A stretch of DNA of 64,000 nt, taken from IMG/VR virus record IMGVR_UViG_3300027672_001796, one strand, 5' to 3'. The notes beneath the pieces are model-generated. The model saw only the letters and a list, made by a program, of their open reading frames with translations. It made no database searches and was not told where the DNA came from. The first letter of the stretch is position 1. The number at the start of each line of letters is the position of its first letter. The translations under genes and the position numbers were made by a program. Shown here piece by piece: positions 42,801 to 50,233 of the stretch. The stretch comes from a virus. Lineage: Duplodnaviria; Caudoviricetes.

Positions 42801-44449
42801 AACAGAACAGCTACAATGTCGCCTGTTACTGGAGTCCACGGAACAAAGTTTGAGTCGCCGTCAACTGCTCCAACTGGATTAGTTGTTGGATGTGGCATCC
42901 TTGTTAATTTTATTCTGTTATTAAAAGTTAATGCTACACCGTCTGCAATAGTTTCTGCTTGACTTAATGTAATAGTAAGTGTGCTAGTATTAATTGTTTT
43001 TACTGTTGTATCGACACCACTAATGCCTGTGCCTTTAACTAAAGCACCAACGTAAACATCTGCCATACTATCTAGTACAACAGTAGTGGAACTAGAAACA
43101 GCACCGTTAACAGTTTGTGTTTGCGTATCCTCTACAACATAAATGTATTTTGATATGGTTGCATCTTCGTCTGGTAATAGCAGTTTGTTAGCAAGTTTTA
43201 ATCCTTGATTATCTAGTAAAGCACTAACGGCTCTGCCTTGCACTTCATTTTTAGTATAGCCTGTGCCACTTAAATCAGCACTGAATGTTGTTCCTTTACT
43301 TCCAAAGTTATATAATTCTAAATTTCTATCAAATTCTAGGATCGGTCTTTTTGCTCTGTAAGCCTTATCAGGCAATGCAGTAGCCGATTCTGTAAATCTG
43401 TCCTTGTGATGCCAAAAGTTAATCCTACTCCAAGTATTGTTATCTTCAGCGGCCCTTTGCATAATCAAGTAGTCGGGTACTATCTGGGTGTTGCCGCCAT
43501 CCCATGGATCAGCATCAAAGCCTGCAGTACCTGTGTTCATGTATGAAAGAAACTTGCCAGTGCCTGTAACATATCCTTTCCAGTAAGTTTCACCAGTTAA
43601 TGTTATATCATCTAATCCAATAAAGAATTCGTTGTCAATTTTCTTTCCTAGTGCGTCATAGTATTGTCTAGCAGTGCCGTTGTCTTCTAATAATAATGCG
43701 GCGGCTGTAATTGCACCTGATGGTATGTTAGATGCTATAAGCGTTGATTCCGCCGTTATAACTTCATCGTCCCACGGCGTAAATGCTGGTGTTGAAAATA
43801 TAGCACTAAAGTTTTGATCCTTAGCATATAACACTATGCTATCGCCTACACCTTCTACGATGTATCTGATTCCTAAGTACGTTGCTGGAATAACATGTGT
43901 GCCTGCAAATTCTATAACAGCGCCGTTTTTAAGTTCTATGCCATTAGGTGAAGTATAAAACTTCTTGCCTATTATATCTTTTAAAACATTAATAGTTGTT
44001 GCACTAGTTCCGTTAACTGTAATCTTGTTTGGGCCGTCTGTGCTCCAGAAATATTCCTGGAAGTTAACTAGCTTGTCGTAATCAATTGGAGGTAAAAAAC
44101 TATAAAAATTTGTGTCAAACAATACATTTTCGTTTTTAGTATCTACGCCATAACTCGATAATTGGTTAACAAAGTCTTCGTAGAATAATACATTTGTTGC
44201 TTCGCCGGTAGATCCATCAATTGTGTTTACTACTGGCTCTAAACTGTATTTTTGTCTGCTTGGATTTGGTTCAACAATGTAGTGGTCTTGGCTGGAGTTA
44301 AATTGATCTGGCTCCTTACGTCCAATGTATGCGGAAATTGTTTCAATGTTACTTTTACTGAATAACTGTTCTACGGTACTTTCAAAAAAGTTCTTTAATA
44401 CCGTGGTCTGTAATGCACCGGGTAACTTACTTATTTGCTTATCAGCCAT
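27851..44449 (-). CDS. Giant virion structural protein (5532 aa), baseplate wedge-associated
   Basis: Uninterrupted 16.6-kb ORF directly after the gp6-like gene; PGxGY beta-repeats, a YHYH-like insert and a Pro/Gly-rich centre. Confidence 0.85.
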   Translation of the reverse strand: MADKQISKLPGALQTTVLKNFFESTVEQLFSKSNIETISAYIGRKEPDQFNSSQDHYIVEPNPSRQKYSLEPVVNTIDGSTGEATNVLFYEDFVNQLSSYGVDTKNENVLFDTNFYSFLPPIDYDKLVNFQEYFWSTDGPNKITVNGTSATTINVLKDIIGKKFYTSPNGIELKNGAVIEFAGTHVIPATYLGIRYIVEGVGDSIVLYAKDQNFSAIFSTPAFTPWDDEVITAESTLIASNIPSGAITAAALLLEDNGTARQYYDALGKKIDNEFFIGLDDITLTGETYWKGYVTGTGKFLSYMNTGTAGFDADPWDGGNTQIVPDYLIMQRAAEDNNTWSRINFWHHKDRFTESATALPDKAYRAKRPILEFDRNLELYNFGSKGTTFSADLSGTGYTKNEVQGRAVSALLDNQGLKLANKLLLPDEDATISKYIYVVEDTQTQTVNGAVSSSTTVVLDSMADVYVGALVKGTGISGVDTTVKTINTSTLTITLSQAETIADGVALTFNNRIKLTRMPHPTTNPVGAVDGDSNFVPWTPVTGDIVAVLFGVQHQGKEYYWSGTKWIVGQRKTKVNSAPLFAAYDSSKKSVGNEVTYPSSSFKGTKLFSYKDALTSSTNDSVLGFPLEYKNFNNFSEIVFDNNMSSDVISYTPFGGTTTSFVKGYSYYKKTDTDGVITYDTAWRGHKDSFKQKVEDDFEVSQLDIDNKRTLWNLTTVPSDATKIRVKVNGIRRADWTYNTTLKAIEFTTFNVVKNDTIRITTPTTTGIIQDKKRTGRYELPLGWYANTEKSDVLTISEPQYLEHVKDYIQEQTNIVGNALGDNNFASLDDDKTLANKIVQTDDDLQMAGFLVSNDKFNIVDAMKFNGDEYLKYKNRLKKEIKRYIDANDTTVMTDHAILEDVLQNVIAYNPGKLVFDYSYMLALGDRYDEELLLINNIVQKEYTLSNFLNLDKIENAIHVYDQDAKGNDVLLLIDKDYTMAGKLGVCTLSFTTEYTLTLGNTIKVRFFNKNRESAQCPPTTSAMGITPVQLPKIMSDTSFAEAINVIVGHDGSRTVADNDKQDEILLEFEKRVYNSVQQVYRDKLNYPDLNVHDIRPGTFRNTGISRTAYYNILRENFNKFIARNEADFVENEYYDVDKPFTWNYNSGTANAGYWRGIFEDSFDTARPHTHPWEMLGLVKKPSWWDTQYITTTNTNYGSGNKPMWSDIENGIIRQGTTKNVDNSAYKINNPYRRIGLKSMLPVDADAKLLAPANISSTASTTRTTVWTQAELGTATASATSFVGTTDGLHINERTDGTTTHINVTTSNLLNHVIGTFPISNSTAFVEDKTSKYTIKVIADATDANHYSDASTSTAAQFVTATTTAKTHTGIAVNGGLVFNGNTGVTIDTTSNWHYNAMYRNEVGRDTAGGNPDANNRYGYVQPSPKTVGLSAWSTSTHSPIIGWAFDGLPIYGPYGYTDRLNDTSDIKRLVSSYSLKTNARDTYALGVGGIPTGEFIEDYVFDTATGDLDEFNGRFMVTPEFPSGVWAYVATIDTAGAPAYPYTVGPKFRFTTTDLANNILGAGTFATAGTENYSLVNTQTTTYTSDVTKVANEWKFGDGAPVENAWKMSEQYPFAIAEALFLTKPGKFASVFAEPEKIIRSSANPLQLLDKTTFKRYQVKDAIVHGNTAADNKTLLTNTGYTQFIDSYLRFHGINTKTEFATPFKSVNGKLGHKFAGFVDKDTMTVFSDSYSITGNSSSLILPHEDIQVSVHVGPYTTTNQYTGVIVELTADGYYKLSGYSSTKRFFEVEPSNKEGQRTEVSVGGEPADFSNYGATLSYNAGDIVKSGYNYYQAKSAVAKATAVTNTEFYQRLSSLPMVNAAEATYYLEGTGVTERVEYGTVYKTIGEVFEFLTELGRKQKTQGYDFNDFNNEINDVSDWVYSGKQFLFWSLGKWATGNTLSLSPMARKIKFTSIEGRISEIAESFKGQFSILDETGKKILPTDCLIVREGSTIEVTPPTNSQIFGIIIHTNSIEHAMLINNKTVFGDTIYDTVFGHRQKRLKVKGKRTANWTGSLMSEGFLITEDGLKPNYDTLAQDMGRYNEIGHVPVERQVYEASRRQYGYTERKYLREFELVDDNQFDFYNGMIRDKGTKASIEKLLNSDKVLVPGSIAVYDEWALKSGDFGDVQNNQRLDIKIQDSEITSENQLIQIVYPEDIVSVISEVELLGATTKFYSVPVLEIEGPPAEIPGSFMYAGGTTAEATVNLNTDGTIKDVTVTEPGYGYTINPSVTVVAAQLLTANITTYFSKPYAVSNAFLDSSGSFSANVLTGISITDNFSANAASFIDLSSSSNVTLVAEAINTNANTNANVTASVLTLGTAASTNYKLQLSGNDFTVSSANDAQKDDLVNKLKLDNSADIILNTGSKRFQPRQRYSFETANATTNTNVIVNINGTTVVAVEEDNTVNWEFDSGSRSTIVPTERTTSGSLAFTFAPESGNVTSQATPEAGNIAIDNLQIINGNYPHIEVLINGTLISDALETDGTNGFAIDNNAGTHNSTITFYDVTKLPGGELNENTPITIIERATVDFAEAYQGDLPGSTLNIKVKAEDALAARLKQQRTLEITPDDLSDSTILIDVDDSTRFIHRPTDMKTKDLWPTTKNVDFTGITDSKYTPLPNAGYISSYNVAYQAMNLNDFTGLFDIDSRPANKIPQENDVVHFAVSEHSDFNAYKLVQPTGFDATSNVAYIKFNDNLGTTMLYTDISLDAYANSNYLTDEANITNYYDNVIALKREGIALDSYYANIELADGDKMFDNTIMEVNTPVGYFLNEDQVVKNSVTISGIGYKEPLRLLIEKIEPTVSGNVSAVNYYINTSETFALDANVGTSNTVNLTYTGTTSMNDFEEGSYITFTDSSTGALNGNTYKASNVTVSPSTMATTLVDTTDTGIYSTTINGALSSATTIIITAGDNTIQVGHVVSGSGIPANTKVTAITDAVTMVVDTAVTMSNGATIQFSKRTNNYSTANSIITTFTVTESTFSSNVSSSALSLAVNNGLVFTTDMNTSTVANLGVVKINNAGYYSGVYRVVGKSATTISVYGDFVEPTSVVVSVGTTSGSTTATIASPNAVVTSGMLVSGAGITGGTTVAEVTVTGVVLSQNATATGTASLTFQDNAFGNATMMTDQVEVTLEEAHTLDTDGTDTIVNKVINIVDMEPNYYNWAWKVESVPSSTVIRLEGFGFDHPYATGGIRYVSEKEYKVHGTDTLPTTGGADSEAYLISKHDGDIMVNGAKVATAFPMHTSQEYADEINRQMAIKSGALVQCDSMYMSLTGITGIMNQVNKLMRGGSASKGGTPYFQQGGAGMGGAGKPNSSIGHSLPVLPFVSGTPLVNNIIPNITTQNPIPSAVGRGVAYNTLQQQLVHTGLGYPQMPSNPPAPGVSIPVIANPIPTPPPNKGWPFTDPAGNPLPPQPIQTIVPPSTISKGQTGPGASVATTGTTVVDWTPLISLTQHDDPCPPPPPVPPKPPVPPVTSVFVNEMNTQGRGQTETFKYKFAEDTSQTYPVRILFDMYSAKDRLTVYQSTHAGSTGSKIAGTGVASTLSPIDKVDIHAWSGVKWQISAGMTPWQQNNVGPGQLLNQGYSEHGNGFVKENGKISFTYDASKGRYITITLDKDSKTSTAFKYYMEHPADDVNGAGYPSKGSVGVGNPPPNGNQNTNLVTLANQTQIHGFPLYPPIAGMAHNFIGGYSNSRLNVGQNMVHLGGSGGYGGMGSINLPIYKTYPINQAPSGVPQFGVNGNMTSGAIFGGTGLVSGVGLNQKQNNTASTSYLSLTALQKNSTSGTVAPVSGTVNVPICKPKARVKICGQTKMVGAGDSFFINGDSILLSGSTKLTAIKKEILSQTTSVNVLITVDSATKEKCLMIRNKLSDPMIIRNGCAGGIYKEVLDYSIKQDNQVCFNKETTVTPTTTGAGATRHTVSGTSSTLDVATHVTSYTTNTVTAEQNRQALVKSSICITAGTGYEVGAIMRLMGGTPVVSQGVSPIEEFTVNNPGSGYLTNGMATPITFKIGQRGEPGGGALVDYDAITYDSNGGIVSVGLKLGGSGYSIDNPPTITVRGQGRDAEVSARLKPGPVMERPAKFVITGVDGYGGITDIQVIDRGIYKIFPSDLDAGVPIQYDIKRKTTGVSDSDTLGTLNKPGAGSGGRVFLTARDIPSCSEAGNALNDLGLPNGMILPRSPLGQLADDITLWSPLDENGNPWFGADEVQYGPDGRPLNPDGDNNGDGRNGSRGLGGAGGTGDGGDGDLASFGELLMGGPNISGIRLGDELNPGLLQLLGITDGDYVCGTYPNFENIDSTGIDPQLDVTGSALTGANSTAGLLGRGGGWQGNLPWTQGFTLGMGLGNASTIANLYEYELRGVDGTSPVVFTNTNLTRQDVKPLLLQSMRYDTEAGLTLADHANVWIDNYGGNGWAYLESGTVIRKQETLTDIAFIDDVITYDADTAVKEFDINLYDPFKGIIPGFIDKDITYKVENDPIVYDPAYTKFGEEQVGQTWWDTSKVRYNWYEQGKGTYGQFAYNNMQRNNDWGSKFPGSEIVIYEWTRNTVPPIEYAGPGTAIDSGAYIDEKAINKRGKTITSYYYWVRGISEVSNDAMMKYNRNKSTQELEQLLDNPEGNRMPYFALVSPEAMTINKLGDLIKTEDSIVSLNFRRKESGLSQKHTSWTLAGEGNTNATIPHNLSIKVMDSLAGYNAINEIVPVAGLSEGERYGSQFRPRQTMFKDILAARKQMFETMNDIFSELQMDTVFTDWRVGLPTSTPHLITSNWFKLLRTNKVKNTKIYYNEDYRPLRRVKTEKQLKLIKNLLDKSIIQVQDTATSKYKLFEYTKTDNKFTLIAMENETVQWNKKVYTDKQQLEIGKEIRQILHHLYTKVFIGTHKLYWNKLFFSMVKFAIGEQIELSWAFKSTYLNVQKEETDLIQFKGLKVDNFSKAVEYFNEVKPYSSKIRNYRDIKKAPVEILKGSTSDFDRPPYFDEDATSVRILDASITADATILNSDTAYAGFVSSNAPVRKINTKIIIDRVNSDLYQNSLTTKTQRVIASSNLTEVPFNFIPYITDASDVSSLTVRHNDVVVPNVSASTLLAGAVTNWTYNIADNKIEFNKAYTDNPTLGGIQVGDVLDFESVHGFNPAKETLKESIAKNIISIEGTTEAAMGNTSVNWRASDREFKFNTHIRTAFVHAMDSAHGTGAGANTTITTNKAIMTNMVNDGNLNYTLSLVKTAVGGDFNGEILDANVFMDIVPGTHPTTFYTNTRGFDFFAWDEEVWDKDVTVNNFHGVFDTDSQGAVNYRVNNETVYGFDAVTFTKSGYGPDRPEELIVIQPFETLVMNVYTSNVSHGNIAIGTASSKPVRHTVFMDLFGRTDFYRSSTSGLTTVTAIVNEWDTTITVADADVLPNASASNKGVIWINSERIEYTGIDSISNKLLGIIRGTRGTTANPIIAVSSKVYNGEETQNIKLAGYRDPQDLNWLADDSDSSYVTTSLSDTSGSTDVNSIVGFIQGT

Positions 44450-44457
44450 GTTTTTTC

Positions 44458-47400
44458 CTAATATCCGCTGTTGTCTGTTGAGCTACTAGAGTTGCCCACA
44501 GAATTATTTAGGGTAATTGTATTACCCAATGTAGTGTTTGCTACACTTTGATCCAGTACATAAGTACCATGGTAGTATGTTACACTGTTAGGCATGTAAA
44601 ATACTTGCCCAAAGAATGTGTGCGTCATACTTGTTCCGTCACCTGCAAAGTTTGCCGCTTCAGCTGAAGCATATAACGGATAGTAACCATTAATAGCATA
44701 AGGACCCACAGAGCTGTCAACACCATTGTATGTTGTTAATAGTCCGCTACTAGTCTTGTTAGGCTTAATGTTACCATGTGTTAATTTGTCTACAACATCA
44801 ATTTCGTCAATGCCGGCTGTACTTAAAAATAGTTCGTCTGCATCTGCTTTAACTTGGAATAAGTCTCCAAAAACACCACTTGCTTTTGTAGGCACAATAA
44901 CAATACTGCCTATAGCATTTCCAACTTGCTGATGTATATAACTGCTTAGTTCTGTGAAGTAAAAAGTATCGCCGAAGTCCCAATTATCTACATTGAAATA
45001 TTGGTTAATTGCGCCAATAACTTTTGTTTTAATTTCGTTATCACTTAAACTTGTTCCAGGCAATCGAACAACTTTGAATTTTGCTTGTAGCTCATCAGTT
45101 GCATCATCGCCAAATATTAATTTAAATCTTCCACTCTTGAATACTAATTGGTCACTAGCAGATTTAAAGTCTTGTAAAATAGCAAATTCGTTTTCTAATT
45201 CTGAACTAGTAGGTGCTGTTGGGAAATCTGTTCCTGGCACTTTAATATAAGATTGCATGTCTTCCCAGTACGAAGAAGTAAGTACAAAGAATTCATGTAC
45301 GTTACTAACACTAGGATCGATTCGCATACTATTGTCTGCAACGTGAGTCCATTTAAATACTACACCGTTTTGTCTGAGTGACTTAGAATTCTGTGTAAAA
45401 CTTCTGCCTTTTTTAGCAAAGTGACTTGAACTTTCGTAGTTGCTAACACTTGCTAAGTTTGTGCTACTCTTAGTTAAAATAAATACCTTCCCAGTATCTT
45501 TAGAATAAATCTTTTTATTATGCATGCCACCAGTAGTTTCATTTTTACCTTGCTGGTTATTAAATAAATCAACAACAGTTTTGTTTCTAACTAAGTAGAA
45601 TTCGTAATCAGCAGTATTATACGGCACACCAGCGGCGCCTGTCACAGTTGATCTATCTCCAGCAAACGTTAGTGTTGTTTCTTTTCTTAAATCTAATATG
45701 CCTGTTTTAACTGGTCTAGTATAAGTGTAGCCATCAAAGTCTTCATAATTTTCAAATAATATAATGTCGTCTGCGCCAACAAAATGTTCAAACTGGATTG
45801 GATTATCTGGACTATCTGATGATGCTGTATTAACAGGAGTAACTTTAACCTTCTTAGGATCAGTATATCCGTCTGGGTAACTAAAGTTTCCTATAGCACT
45901 ATATACTATCGGAGCATCAAGTCTAGAGTTGTCGTTAACATACTTAACTGCAATAGTATCACTTCTGTTATTTCTAGCAGAGTTGTCTATAGCATAGTGA
46001 TGTCTTGCTTCAAAGTCAACTACAAGTGTTCCTGTCTGTGCCGCATAGTTACTAGTAGCTAATTGGAAAGAAGCGCCAGCTACTGTACATGAACCGCCTG
46101 CCGCCAGTGTTAAGTTCTGATTATTATATCTGTATGCAATGCCGCCTGTAGCATTTAAAATTGGTCCACCGAATGTGGTACCATCAAACGCTATAGTTAT
46201 TTTTGGCAACTTATAAATTACGCCAGTGTCTGCAACTACTACTACTTTGTCAGTAACAGTTGTTGATGCCGATGTGCCTAATTCAATTGATGTTGGTTGT
46301 ACAAAAGCCCCTATGGCTCCATTTTGATAAATTCCTAAGTTAGATATAACTGAAACTGCTATATCGTAATGCTTAACATTTCTGGAAATCAACGGTATAT
46401 TAGAAAAGTAAGATCCTGTAGTACCTAAATACCACTTGTCTCCAATTATTACACCGTCTTCGTCAACCCATGTAAATGATTCTGTGAAACTAGGCTTAAT
46501 GTTTAATGTTGGTAATTCAATTGAATCGTATTTTGCTAAACCTGTTGCGTTATCCTGTAACCTGTTTTCATTGACATTATAAAATCTAACATCGTCTAAA
46601 CTTTCGAACACAAATTGTGTTCCTCTAATTTCAATATCATATCTGTATGATAATGTATCTACATTAACATATTTAAATTTTAATATCCAACTTGCATCTA
46701 ATCCTGTTCCTGATGAATCTCCGGTATACGAAGCACTAAAGTCTTTAGCAGTACTTAAATTATTATTCTCTATAATATAGAATCTATTTTCGCTAGGCAT
46801 AAATCTTACGCCAAATGTTCTTCTAGAAGCCATTGCCGATTTTAATTGCTGTTCTTCTAATGCAAATAATGTTTTTCTTAAAATAACAATTACTTCATCA
46901 CATTTCCAACCATTTGTAATTTTCTTATTAAGTTTAACTGGGCCATTTGATGTACTACTAGCCGAGTTTCTAACACCGTTGTTATCCATACTAACAATCT
47001 TAGCCCATTCATATTTTGTTTTATCAGTGGGATCATAGAATTTTAACATATAGCCAGGCTGTATAATTTTAAACAGCGTATTAGCTACATTAACGTCAGT
47101 AGGTGTTCCACCAGCTGTATATGTCTCAGACATATACCCAAACACACCTGTAGCAATTCTTGGCAATGTATTCCATGTTATGCCGAATAATGAAATATCA
47201 AACATATCAGTATAAGCAGGAACTTCTTTAACTTTAGTTCTAAATGTGCTGTAAATAAAATCATTAAGTTTTAAGTTCTTAATAATAGTTGGAAACTTTG
47301 TGTTAATAAAATCTTGTGTAGTATTCGTAGTTGTTACTTTAAATGCATCACTAGAGTTACTAGGCTCTTCATACAATGCGCCATCTTCTGCGATACTAGT

Positions 47401-48831
47401 TGTGGTCTGGAAAGTACTAGTAGGATCTGTAATATCAATATATCTACTGTGTCCAGCATGTGTTTTGTTAGTAACTTTTAATTTTTTAATGTTTGTGCTT
47501 TTAGCTAAAGGAAGTACTTGGTAGTCTTGAGCTGTAACCATTCTGTCTTGAGCATAATATGCCTGTGGTGCTCTTTCCTTAATGCCAGCAAGTGTTTCTG
47601 CAGGTAAACTGTTTGATACCTTGCTTTCTAGTTTTGATGTAATTGTTAACTGATGCGATTTACCATCTCCTGTAAAGTATGGTATAGTTGTTACAACAGT
47701 TCTAACATCATCTGGCTGTAGTGCAAATCTTTCGTTGTCACTAACTCTGTACTGAGCTTTAAATGATCCCATAGGTACGTTTGCAAAGTTACCGTCTGCA
47801 AACTGTAGTCTAATACCACCTTGTCCTACATTTTGTACAGCATATAATAACGGAGTATTTTTAGCCTTAGTGTTATACATTAAAGTCTGTCCAACAGTGT
47901 TTGGAACTTTAACCCACTTAGTTAATACTTTATCATTACTATCTACTTCTGACAAATATACATCTGTTTCATTAATATTATCAACAGCAATTGCTTGTTG
48001 TCTGTTTTCAATTGGTGTAGTAAAATCGAAATTTGATGATCGCAATGTGCCTTGCTTAAACATCATAAAGAATCCAGTATTTTTACTTAATGATCCTAGT
48101 CCGTCATTTCTATGAAGTATTGAAAAGTTGTTTGTGCTGTCTGGATGCTTTTCTGCAAACACACCGGCATCTTCAAAATCAACATTCACAAATTCAAATG
48201 CTCTGTCAACTCCGTTAACATTTACATCAAAGCCGTATGTTTGCGATGCAGTGATTGGAGTGTTAATATCGTATCTGTCTGTTATGATTCCACCGACAGT
48301 TCCTGTTTTTACAGGCTTACTAAATCTGTTAACATTACCAAATGCACTATTCATTATAGTTAAAAATTGTTCGTAACTGTCTGGATTGTTTGCATCGTTC
48401 CAGCTAATAGTTTTATCGTTTATACTTGCACCCGAACTATCTGTTAACGCCTCTGAAGTTGACACGCTTACAATTTTCATTAATCCACTTGCAGGCATAT
48501 TTCGTTTTGGATTGTATCCAAGTTGTCTAGCAAGTTTAAATACCGAGTCTCTTCGCTCAGCAGTTTCTAAAAAGTTTTCTCTTGTATTAACATCCATTCT
48601 GAATGCAATACTTTGCCCGAGGTAGGCAAGCAATTCTATGATTGCTATGAATTCTGAACTTTCAATATAATCATTGAAGTTTTCTGGAAAATTAGATTTG
48701 ATATATTCGACCATTGCATTTCTAATAGTGTCAAAGTCGTATGCTTGAAAGTCTACTTGACTATATGCCTGATAGGCTACTGACCAATCTTCTGCCGCGA
48801 ATAAATTATTTTGTCTGCTATTAACTGCCAT
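44458..48831 (-). CDS. Baseplate wedge subunit (T4 gp6-like, 1457 aa)
   Basis: DFDTIRNAMVEYI..NDYIESSE, FLETAERRDSV..LARQLGY and RMVTAQDY. Confidence 0.8.
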   Translation of the reverse strand: MAVNSRQNNLFAAEDWSVAYQAYSQVDFQAYDFDTIRNAMVEYIKSNFPENFNDYIESSEFIAIIELLAYLGQSIAFRMDVNTRENFLETAERRDSVFKLARQLGYNPKRNMPASGLMKIVSVSTSEALTDSSGASINDKTISWNDANNPDSYEQFLTIMNSAFGNVNRFSKPVKTGTVGGIITDRYDINTPITASQTYGFDVNVNGVDRAFEFVNVDFEDAGVFAEKHPDSTNNFSILHRNDGLGSLSKNTGFFMMFKQGTLRSSNFDFTTPIENRQQAIAVDNINETDVYLSEVDSNDKVLTKWVKVPNTVGQTLMYNTKAKNTPLLYAVQNVGQGGIRLQFADGNFANVPMGSFKAQYRVSDNERFALQPDDVRTVVTTIPYFTGDGKSHQLTITSKLESKVSNSLPAETLAGIKERAPQAYYAQDRMVTAQDYQVLPLAKSTNIKKLKVTNKTHAGHSRYIDITDPTSTFQTTTSIAEDGALYEEPSNSSDAFKVTTTNTTQDFINTKFPTIIKNLKLNDFIYSTFRTKVKEVPAYTDMFDISLFGITWNTLPRIATGVFGYMSETYTAGGTPTDVNVANTLFKIIQPGYMLKFYDPTDKTKYEWAKIVSMDNNGVRNSASSTSNGPVKLNKKITNGWKCDEVIVILRKTLFALEEQQLKSAMASRRTFGVRFMPSENRFYIIENNNLSTAKDFSASYTGDSSGTGLDASWILKFKYVNVDTLSYRYDIEIRGTQFVFESLDDVRFYNVNENRLQDNATGLAKYDSIELPTLNIKPSFTESFTWVDEDGVIIGDKWYLGTTGSYFSNIPLISRNVKHYDIAVSVISNLGIYQNGAIGAFVQPTSIELGTSASTTVTDKVVVVADTGVIYKLPKITIAFDGTTFGGPILNATGGIAYRYNNQNLTLAAGGSCTVAGASFQLATSNYAAQTGTLVVDFEARHHYAIDNSARNNRSDTIAVKYVNDNSRLDAPIVYSAIGNFSYPDGYTDPKKVKVTPVNTASSDSPDNPIQFEHFVGADDIILFENYEDFDGYTYTRPVKTGILDLRKETTLTFAGDRSTVTGAAGVPYNTADYEFYLVRNKTVVDLFNNQQGKNETTGGMHNKKIYSKDTGKVFILTKSSTNLASVSNYESSSHFAKKGRSFTQNSKSLRQNGVVFKWTHVADNSMRIDPSVSNVHEFFVLTSSYWEDMQSYIKVPGTDFPTAPTSSELENEFAILQDFKSASDQLVFKSGRFKLIFGDDATDELQAKFKVVRLPGTSLSDNEIKTKVIGAINQYFNVDNWDFGDTFYFTELSSYIHQQVGNAIGSIVIVPTKASGVFGDLFQVKADADELFLSTAGIDEIDVVDKLTHGNIKPNKTSSGLLTTYNGVDSSVGPYAINGYYPLYASAEAANFAGDGTSMTHTFFGQVFYMPNSVTYYHGTYVLDQSVANTTLGNTITLNNSVGNSSSSTDNSGY

Positions 48832-48832
48832 G

Positions 48833-49204
48833 TTATATCTCTACGTTTTCCCTAGCATACTCTACAAATAGTGTGTCTTCCGATAAAAACGGTTTAAACT
48901 TTAAGTGTAATGTTATGCGAATTGTGTGGTCTAATACATCAGTGAACATATCGGTCATTTCTACCCTGCTGTCCTTCGATACAATACGCTCTATATCTTC
49001 TTTGATTTCTGCAACAACGTATTGGTCTAGAGGGTTCATTATAATATCCCAAATTCTAGTACCATATGTAGGTCTCATTACTCGCTCACCTCTTTTGGTA
49101 TAAAGTTCGTTAAGTAAGTCAGCTTTTATAAGTTCACCATCAATTAGCGTATAAGGTGCCCTTACCTTGCCTGTTGTGCTGAATCCTCTGTATATATTTG
49201 CCAT
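48833..49204 (-). CDS. gp25: Baseplate wedge subunit, gp25-like
   Basis: YRGFST, GERVMRPTYG and DSRV motifs; adjacent to the gp6-like gene. Confidence 0.85.
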   Translation of the reverse strand: MANIYRGFSTTGKVRAPYTLIDGELIKADLLNELYTKRGERVMRPTYGTRIWDIIMNPLDQYVVAEIKEDIERIVSKDSRVEMTDMFTDVLDHTIRITLHLKFKPFLSEDTLFVEYARENVEI

Positions 49205-49209
49205 ACAAC

Positions 49210-49216
49210 TATTTAT
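49210..49216 (-). promoter_or_regulatory. Putative late promoter ATAAATA, 5 nt before the gp25 ATG
   Basis: ATAAATA-GTTGT-ATG. Confidence 0.65.
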
Positions 49217-49269
49217 CCTAAAGGATTAAAACTAGTTATAATAAACACCATAATAAGCCTAAAAAAATG

Positions 49270-49298
49270 TTGACTTTTCAATAGAATGGATACATAAT
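49270..49298 (+). promoter_or_regulatory. Sigma70-type promoter TTGACT-17bp-CATAAT with upstream A-tract
   Basis: Direct sequence match; drives the plus-strand island. Confidence 0.7.
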
Positions 49299-49347
49299 AA
49301 CATAGTAGGAATTATCTTGCTAATTTTATAAATTTATAGGAATAACA

Positions 49348-49623
49348 ATGAGAAATATCATTGAACGATTCGACAGCATTTGCAAAAAAGCAGACGCAGT
49401 TAACAAGCAGTTAAAATTAACTGATCAGTCTTCTGGGTACGGACCTCGTTTCCAAAAGATGATGTCGAAAAAACAGAATCGTCTACATTCCGTAGGCATT
49501 TACGATTACCACACTAAGGGCTATGTATTGTTCGAAATGGTTAATCTTGTAGGTCAGAAGGGCAAAGTACCACAGGAATTCTATGACATGGAATCTATGC
49601 TCAAGAATGCCGTTACCGCCTAA
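49348..49623 (+). CDS. Hypothetical protein (91 aa)
   Basis: AGGA RBS downstream of the sigma70 promoter. Confidence 0.7.
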   Translation: MRNIIERFDSICKKADAVNKQLKLTDQSSGYGPRFQKMMSKKQNRLHSVGIYDYHTKGYVLFEMVNLVGQKGKVPQEFYDMESMLKNAVTA

Positions 49624-50233
49624 CAAAAATATTGTTTTTATACATGGTAGTGGCGCCTCCACGTTAAGTTTTAACTTTTTACAAATATTCTTGCCAGAAC
49701 ATAACGTACTTTATATAGAGTACGACACGCAAGAGCTACCGGAAACATTAGTAACTCGTATCAAAATGGAAATACTCGATGAGTTTGGGCATGAACCATT
49801 CTCCGTAATAGCACATAGTTACGGGTGTTTGCTAGGATTAAAAGCGGTACAGGCATTTGCTAACTGTGAAGTATTTTTAGCCATGAGTGCTCCGTGGGGC
49901 GGTAGTAGAACAGCAAAATGGTTATCGTATGCATTCAGACACAGCAAACTTTTTACAGCACTAAATCCAAAGAGTACGTTTATCACTGCATTACAAACTG
50001 TAAACAATGATTTTAAGATAATTAACATAGTAACAACAGGAACTAGAGGAGCCGGAAATGCTCTTGCTGGTATGGGTGAATCTAACGATGGCACTCTAAC
50101 TGTTAAAACACAGAAATCTGTTCCTAGTAATTTTAATAATTTGAAACAGATTGAAATGGGTACTAGTCACAACGAAGTGCTAGTTAATTTTGAAACGGTT
50201 GAAATTATAAAAAGGGAGATGTTTGGTGAATAA
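49607..50233 (+). CDS. Alpha/beta hydrolase (lipase/esterase-like)
   Basis: VFIHG oxyanion motif, AHSYG nucleophile elbow, APWGG, NDG Asp and SHNEV His. Start probably 49607 (ORF track gives 49583). Confidence 0.82.
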   Translation: MPLPPNKNIVFIHGSGASTLSFNFLQIFLPEHNVLYIEYDTQELPETLVTRIKMEILDEFGHEPFSVIAHSYGCLLGLKAVQAFANCEVFLAMSAPWGGSRTAKWLSYAFRHSKLFTALNPKSTFITALQTVNNDFKIINIVTTGTRGAGNALAGMGESNDGTLTVKTQKSVPSNFNNLKQIEMGTSHNEVLVNFETVEIIKREMFGE

